Positions 55,950 to 64,000 of a DNA stretch of 64,000 nucleotides are shown here, in pieces (within the stretch, counting starts at the first letter, position 1; each line of letters starts with the position of its first letter). Both the position numbers and the translations under genes were made by a program. This DNA is from Eledone cirrhosa (taxonomy: Eukaryota), in assembly GCA_964016885.1 (NCBI GenBank), contig CAXHJY010000105.1, positions 434,001 through 498,000 on the forward strand. The letters run 5' to 3'. The notes under the pieces were generated by a model, which was given only the letters and a program-made list of their open reading frames with translations, did not search any database and was not told where the DNA came from.

Positions 55950-58900
55950 CATAAGGATACAGAACACCTGACCTAACAAGGATACAGAACACTTGACCTA
56001 ACATAAGGATACAGAACCCTTGAGCTAACATAAGGATACAGAACACTTGACCTAACATAAGGATACAGAACCCTTGACCTAACATAAGGATAGAGAACCC
56101 TTGACCTAACATAAGGATACAGAACACCTGACCTAACAAAGATATAGAACCCTTGACCTAACATAAGGATACAGAACCCTTGACCTAACATAAGGATAGA
56201 GAACCCTTGACCTAAGATAAGGATACAGAACACCTGACCTAACATAAAGATATAGAACCCTTGACCTAACATAAGGTTACAGAACCCTTGACCAAACATA
56301 AGGATACAGAACCCTTGACCTAACATAAGGATACAGAAGACTTGACCTAACATAAGGATACAGAACACTTGACCTAATATAAGGATACAGAACACTTGAC
56401 CTAACATAAGGATACAGAACACGTGACCTAACAAAGATACAGAACACTTGCCCTAACATAAGGATACAGAACCCTTGACCTAACATAAGGATATAGAACC
56501 CTTGACCTAACATAAGCATACAGACCCCTTGACCTAACAAAGATACAGAACACTTGACCTGACATAAGGATACAGAACCCTTTACCTAACAAGGATACAG
56601 AACACTTGACCTAACATAAGGATACAGAACACTTGACCTAACATAAGGATACAGAACACTTGACCTAACATAAGGATACAGAACACCTGACCTAACATAA
56701 GGATACAGAACCCTTGACCTAACATAAGGATAGAGAACCCTTGACCTAACATAAGCATACAGACCCCTTGACCTATCATAAGGATAGAGAACCCTTGACC
56801 TAACATAAGCATACAGACCCCTTGACCTATCATAAGGATAGAGAACCCGTGACCTAACATAAGGATACAGAACACCTGACCTAACATAAAGATATAGTAC
56901 CCTTGACCAAACATAAGGATACAGAACACTTGACCTAACGTAAGGATACAGAACACCTGACCTAACATAAGGTTACAGAACCCTTGACCTAACATAAGGA
57001 TACAGAACCCTTGACCTAACAAGGATAAAGAAGACTTGACCTAACATAAGGATACAGAAACCTTGACCTAACATAAGGATACAGAACCCTTGACCTAACA
57101 TAAGGATACAGAACCCTTGACCTAACATAAGGATACAGAACACTTGACCTAAATATAAGGATACAGAACACTTGACCTGACATAAGGATACAGAACACTT
57201 GACCTGACATAAGGATACAGAACAGTTGACCTAACATAAGGATGCAGAACACTTGACATAACATAAGGATACAGAACACTTGACCTAACATAAGGATACA
57301 GAACACTTGACCTAACATAAGGATACAGAATCCTTTACCTAACATAAGGATACAGAACCCTTGATCTAACATAAGGATACAGAAGACTTGACCTAACATA
57401 ACCATACAGAACACTTGACCTAACATAAGGATACAGAACACCTGACCTAACATAAGGATACAGATCACCGGACCTAACGAGGATACAGAACACCTGACCT
57501 AACATAAGGATACAGAACACCTGACCTGACATAAGGATACAGAACACTTGACTTAACGTAAGGATACAGAACACTTGACCTAACGTAAGGATACAGAACA
57601 CTTGACCTAACATAAGGATACAAAACCCTTGACCTAACATAAGGATACAGAAGAATTGACCTAACATAACCATACAGAACACTTGACCTAACATAAGGAT
57701 AAAAACACCTGACCTAACATAAGGATACAGAACACCTGACCTGACATAAGGATACAGAACACTTGACTTAACGTAAGGATACAGAACACTTGACCTAACG
57801 TAAGGATACAGAACACTTGACCTAACATAAGGATACAGAACCCTTGACCTGACATAAGGATACAGAACACTTGACCTAACATAAGGATACAGAACACTTG
57901 ACCTAACATAAGGATACAGAACACCTGACCTCACATTAGGATACAGAACACTTGACCTAACATAAGGATACAGAACACTTGACCTAACATAAGGATACAG
58001 AACACTTGACCTAACATAAGGATACAGAACCCTTGACCTAACAGAGGGATACAGAACCCTTGACCTAACATAGGGATACAGAACACTTGACCTAACATAA
58101 GGATACAGAACCCTTGACCTAACATAAGGATACAGAACCCTTGACCTAACATAAGGATACAGAACCCTTGACCTAACATAAGGATACAGAAACTTGACCT
58201 AACATAAGGATACAGAACACTTGACCTAATATAAGGATACAGAACACTTAACCTAACATAAGGATACAGAACACTTGACCTAACAAAGATACAGAACACT
58301 TGACCTGACATAAGGATACAGAACCCTTGACCTAACAAGGATACAGAACACTTGACCTAACATAAGGATACAGAACACTTGACCTAACATAAGGATACAG
58401 AACCCTTGACCTAACATAAGGATACAGAACACTTGACCTAACATAAGGATACAGAACACGTGACCTAACATAAGGATACAGAACACTTGACCTAAATATA
58501 AGGATACAGAACACCTGACCTAACAAGGATACAGAACACTTGACCTAACATAAGGATACAGAACCCTTGACCTAACATAAGGATACAGAACACTTGACCT
58601 AACATAAGGATACAGAACACCTGACCTAACAAGGATACAGAACACTTGACCTAACATAAGGATACAGAACCCTTGAGCTAACAAAAGGATACAGAACACT
58701 TGACCTAACATAAGGATACAGAACCCTTGACCTAACATAAGGATAGAGAACCCTTGACCTAACATAAGGATACAGAACACCTGACCTAACAAAGATATAG
58801 AACCCTTGACCTAACATAAGGATACAGAACCCTTGACCTAACATAAGGATAGAGAACCCTTGACCTAAGATAAGGATACAGAACACCTGACCTAACAAAG

Positions 58901-61900
58901 ATATAGAACCCTTGACCTAACATAAGGTTACAGAACCCTTGACCAAACATAAGGATACAGAACCCTTGACCTAACATAAGGATACAGAAGACTTGACCTA
59001 ACATAAGGATACAGAACACTTGACCTAATATAAGGATACAGAACACTTGACCTAACATAAGGATACAGAACACGTGACCTAACAAAGATACAGAACACTT
59101 GCCCTAACATAAGGATACAGAACCCTTGACCTAACATAAGGATATAGAACCCTTGACCTAACATAAGCATACAGACCCCTTGACCTAACAAAGATACAGA
59201 ACACTTGACCTGACATAAGGATACAGAACCCTTTACCTAACAAGGATACAGAACACTTGACCTAACATAAGGATACAGAACACTTGACCTAACATAAGGA
59301 TACAGAACACTTGACCTAACATAAGGATACAGAACACCTGACCTAACATAAGGATACAGAACCCTTGACCTAACATAAGGATAGAGAACCCTTGACCTAA
59401 CATAAGCATACAGACCCCTTGACCTATCATAAGGATAGAGAACCCTTGACCTAACATAAGCATACAGACCCCTTGACCTATCATAAGGATAGAGAACCCG
59501 TGACCTAACATAAGGATACAGAACACCTGACCTAACATAAAGATATAGTACCCTTGACCAAACATAAGGATACAGAACACTTGACCTAACGTAAGGATAC
59601 AGAACACCTGACCTAACATAAGGTTACAGAACCCTTGACCTAACATAAGGATACAGAACCCTTGACCTAACAAGGATAAAGAAGACTTGACCTAACATAA
59701 GGATACAGAAACCTTGACCTAACATAAGGATACAGAACCCTTGACCTAACATAAGGATACAGAACCCTTGACCTAACATAAGGATACAGAACCCTTGACC
59801 TAACATAAGGATACAGAACACTTGACCTAAATATAAGGATACAGAACACTTGACCTGACATAAGGATACAGAACAGTTGACCTAACATAAGGATACAGAA
59901 CACTTGACCTAACATAAGGATACAGAACACTTGACCTAACATAAGGATACAGAATCCTTTACCTAACATAAGGATACAGAACCCTTGATCTAACATAAGG
60001 ATACAGAACCCTTGATCTAACATAAGGATACAGAAGACTTGGCCTAACATAACCATACAGAACACTTGACCTAACATAAGGATACAGAACACCTGACCTA
60101 ACATAAGGATACAGATCACCGGACCTAACGAGGATACAGAACACCTGACCTAACATAAGGATACAGAACACCTGACCTGAAATGAGGATACAGAACACTT
60201 GACTTAACGTAAGGATACAGAACACTTGACCTAACGTAAGGATACAGAACACTTGACCTAACATAAGGATACAAAACCCTTGACCTAACATAAGGATACA
60301 GAAGAATTGACCTAACATAACCATACAGAACACTTGACCTAACATAAGGATAAAAACACCTGACCTAACATAAGGATACAGAACACCTGACCTGACATAA
60401 GGATACAGAACACTTGACTTAACGTAAGGATACAGAACACTTGACCTAACGTAAGGATACAGAACACTTGACCTAACATAAGGATACAGAACCCTTGCCC
60501 TGACATAAGGATACAGAACACTTGACCTAACATAAGGATACAGAACACTTGACCTAACATAAGGATACAGAACACCTGACCTCACATTAGGATACAGAAC
60601 ACTTGACCTAACATAAGGATACAGAACACTTGACCTAACATAAGGATACAGAACACTTGACCTAACATAAGGATACAGAACCCTTGACCTAACAGAGGGA
60701 TACAGAACCCTTGACCTAACATAGGGATACAGAACACTTGACCTAACATAAGGATACAGAACCCTTGACCTAACATAAGGATACAGAACCCTTGACCTAA
60801 CATAAGGATACAGAACCCTTGACCTAACATAAGGATACAGAAACTTGACCTAACATAAGGATACAGAACACTTGACCTAATATAAGGATACAGAACACTT
60901 AACCTAACATAAGGATACAGAACACTTGACCTAACAAAGATACAGAACACTTGACCTGACATAAGGATACAGAACCCTTGACCTAACATAAGGATACAGA
61001 AACTTGACCTAACATAAGGATACAGAACACTTGACCTAATATAAGGATACAGAACACTTAACCTAACATAAGGATACAGAACACTTGACCTAACAAAGAT
61101 ACAGAACACTTGACCTAACATAAGGATACAGAACCCTTGACCTAACAAGGATACAGAACACTTGACCTAACATAAAGATACAGAACACTTGACCTAACAT
61201 AAGGATACAGAACCCTTGACCTAACATAAGGATACAGAACACTTGACCTAACATAAGGATACAGAACACGTGACCTAACATAAGGATACAGAACACTTGA
61301 CCTAAATATAAGGATACAGAACACCTGACCTAACAAGGATACAGAACACTTGACCTAACATAAGGATACAGAACCCTTGACCTAACATAAGGATACAGAA
61401 CACTTGACCTAACATAAGGATACAGAACACCTGACCTAAATATAAGGATACAGCACACTTGACCTAACATAAGGATACAGAACACTTGACCTAACATAAG
61501 GATACAGAACACTTGACCTGACATAAGGATACAGAACACTTGACCTGACATACGGATACAGAACCCTTGACCTAACAAGGATACAGAACAGTTGACCTAA
61601 CATAAGGATGCAGAACACTTGACCTAACATAAGGATACAGAACACTTGACCTAACATAAGTATACAGAACCCTTGACCTAACATAAGGATACAGAACACT
61701 TGACCTAACATAAGGATACAGAACACCTGACCTAACAAGGATACAGAACACTTGACCTAACATAAGGATACAGAACCCTTGAGCTAACATAAGGATACAG
61801 AACACTTGACCTAACATAAGGATACAGAACCCTTGACCTAACATAAGGATATAGAACCCTTGACCTAACATAAGCATACAGACCCCTTGACCTAACAAAG

Positions 61901-64000
61901 ATACAGAACACTTGACCTGACATAAGGATACAGAACCCTTTACCTAACAAGGATACAGAACACTTGACCTAACATAAGGATACAGAACACTTGACCTAAC
62001 ATAAGGATACAGAACACTTGACCTAACATAAGGATACAGAACACCTGACCTAACATAAGGATACAGAACCCTTGACCTAACATAAGGATAGAGAACCCTT
62101 GACCTAACATAAGCATACAGACCCCTTGACCTATCATAAGGATAGAGAACCCTTGACCTAACATAAGCATACAGACCCCTTGACCTATCATAAGGATAGA
62201 GAACCCGTGACCTAACATAAGGATACAGAACACCTGACCTAACATAAAGATATAGTACCCTTGACCAAACATAAGGATACAGAACACTTGACCTAACGTA
62301 AGGATACAGAACACCTGACCTAACATAAGGTTACAGAACCCTTGACCTAACATAAGGATACAGAACCCTTGACCTAACAAGGATAAAGAAGACTTGACCT
62401 AACATAAGGATACAGAAACCTTGACCTAACATAAGGATACAGAACCCTTGACCTAACATAAGGATACAGAACCCTTGACCTAACATAAGGATACAGAACA
62501 CTTGACCTAAATATAAGGATACAGAACACTTGACCTGACATAAGGATACAGAACACTTGACCTGACATAAGGATACAGAACAGTTGACCTAACATAAGGA
62601 TGCAGAACACTTGACATAACATAAGGATACAGAACACTTGACCTAACATAAGGATACAGAACACTTGACCTAACATAAGGATACAGAATCCTTTACCTAA
62701 CATAAGGATACAGAACCCTTGATCTAACATAAGGATACAGAAGACTTGACCTAACATAACCATACAAAACACTTGACCTAACATAAGGATACAGAACACC
62801 TGACCTAACATAAGGATACAGATCACCGGACCTAACGAGGATACAGAACACCTGACCTAACATAAGGATACAGAACACCTGACCTGACATAAGGATACAG
62901 AACACTTGACTTAACGTAAGGATACAGAACACTTGACCTAACGTAAGGATACAGAACACTTGACCTAACATAAGGATACAAAACCCTTGACCTAACATAA
63001 GGATACAGAAGAATTGACCTAACATAACCATACAGAACACTTGACCTAACATAAGGATAAAAACACCTGACCTAACATAAGGATACAGAACACCTGACCT
63101 GACATAAGGATACAGAACACTTGACTTAACGTAAGGATACAGAACACTTGACCTAACGTAAGGATACAGAACACTTGACCTAACATAAGGATACAGAACC
63201 CTTGACCTGACATAAGGATACAGAACACTTGACCTAACATAAGGATACAGAACACTTGACCTAACATAAGGATACAGAACACCTGACCTCACATTAGGAT
63301 ACAGAACACTTGACCTAACATAAGGATACAGAACACTTGACCTAACATAAGGATACAGAACACTTGACCTAACATAAGGATACAGAACCCTTGACCTAAC
63401 AGAGGGATACAGAACCCTTGACCTAACATAGGGATACAGAACACTTGACCTAACATAAGGATACAGAACCCTTGACCTAACATAAGGATACAGAACCCTT
63501 GACCTAACATAAGGATACAGAACCCTTGACCTAACATAAGGATACAGAAACTTGACCTAACATAAGGATACAGAACACTTGACCTAATATAAGGATACAG
63601 AACACTTAACCTAACATAAGGATACAGAACACTTGACCTAACAAAGATACAGAACACTTGACCTGACATAAGGATACAGAACCCTTGACCTAACAAGGAT
63701 ACAGAACACTTGACCTAACATAAGGATACAGAACACTTGACCTAACATAAGGATACAGAACCCTTGACCTAACATAAGGATACAGAACACTTGACCTAAC
63801 ATAAGGATACAGAACACGTGACCTAACATAAGGATACAGAACACTTGACCTAAATATAAGGATACAGAACACCTGACCTAACAAGGATACAGAACACTTG
63901 ACCTAACATAAGGATACAGAACCCTTGACCTAACATAAGGATACAGAACACTTGACCTAACATAAGGATACAGAACACCTGACCTAACAAGGATACAGAA
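55950..64000 (+). repeat. Higher-order repeat of about 2.65-2.7 kb, three copies
   Basis: ORFs 56582..57022, 59233..59673 and 61940..62380 are identical (offsets 2651 and 2707). Marker GATCACCGGACCTAACGAGG at 57463, 60114 and 62821. Confidence 0.9.

Larger units (their letters stand above)
1..64000 (+). repeat. Tandem satellite array, 27-bp monomer GACCTAACATAAGGATACAGAAC[A/C]CTT, about 2,400 head-to-tail copies, extending beyond both window ends
   Basis: The monomer is read continuously from base 1 to 64000 in one orientation. Recurrent variants: AACACTTG/AACCCTTG/AACACCTG/AACACGTG/AACACATG; 25-mers (CCTAACAAGG, CCTAACAAAGAT); 26-mers (CAGAAACTTG, CATAAGATAC); 28-mers (CCTAAATATAAGG, CATAAAGG). 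The ORF track shows the matching 9-aa periodicities (MLGQVFCIL and YPYVRSSVL). Confidence 0.99.

Noticed and set aside
199-63884. Hundreds of minus-strand ORFs up to 664 aa as protein-coding genes
   Set aside because: All are translations of the 27-bp monomer. Two overlapping frames are equally open, indel monomers switch frames at random, and there is no unique domain, promoter or gene context.
1-64000. CRISPR array (27-bp repeat length is in the CRISPR range)
   Set aside because: Repeats are directly head-to-tail with no unique spacers, leader or cas genes.
1-64000. Array of nuclear-receptor response elements (TGACCT/AGGTCA in nearly every monomer)
   Set aside because: Only half-sites at about 21-bp spacing. 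The flanks do not match the full ROR or SF-1/ERR extended consensus, and a 6-mer match in one amplified monomer is effectively a single chance event.
1-64000. Direct telomerase product
   Set aside because: Telomerase would not reproduce multi-kb ordered strings of rare variants at fixed offsets. This portion was copied from DNA templates, though a telomeric origin or location remains open.
1-64000. G-quadruplex-forming telomeric DNA
   Set aside because: The minus strand has only GG and an occasional GGG per 27 bp, too sparse for canonical G4.
1-64000. Fungal RIP-mutated repeat
   Set aside because: CpA dinucleotides in the monomer are largely intact; CA>TA variants (AATATAAGG, GATATAG) are a minority.
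1-64000. Embedded transposon, inversion or unique island
   Set aside because: None seen on reading; the monomer phase and orientation continue throughout.
1-64000. Pure sequencing artefact (rolling-circle or concatemer read)
   Set aside because: Rare variants recur in ordered strings at many different offsets, which random errors or one circular template would not give. Individual large duplications could still be assembly errors.

Overview
The whole 64-kb window is one uninterrupted, single-orientation tandem satellite array of roughly 2,400 copies of a 27-bp monomer. The + strand consensus is GACCTAACATAAGGATACAGAAC[A/C]CTT (minus strand AAG[T/G]GTTCTGTATCCTTATGTTAGGTC), about 37% GC, with 25-, 26- and 28-bp indel variants. 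I see no unique sequence, genes, RNA genes, mobile elements or CRISPR spacers. All listed ORFs are artefacts of the repeat: 27 is divisible by 3, the consensus has a stop in all three + frames, and only one of three - frames is closed. The information lies in the order of variant monomers. These show (i) nested higher-order repeats and tandem duplications from 54 bp to about 11.4 kb, (ii) two sub-family domains with a junction near 21-25 kb that contains a non-tandem patchwork, and (iii) a highly homogenized core at about 33-48 kb. The monomer contains the telomeric pentamer CCTAA/TTAGG, has a partial 5-bp sub-periodicity, and has a telomere-like strand bias. This suggests, by inference only, a telomere-derived satellite or a recombination-maintained chromosome end; a centromeric or pericentromeric satellite is equally possible. 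The source is most likely a long-read eukaryotic assembly, but the organism cannot be identified. Block boundaries are approximate (about +/-100 bp); offsets were read from matching ORF-track coordinates and marker monomers.
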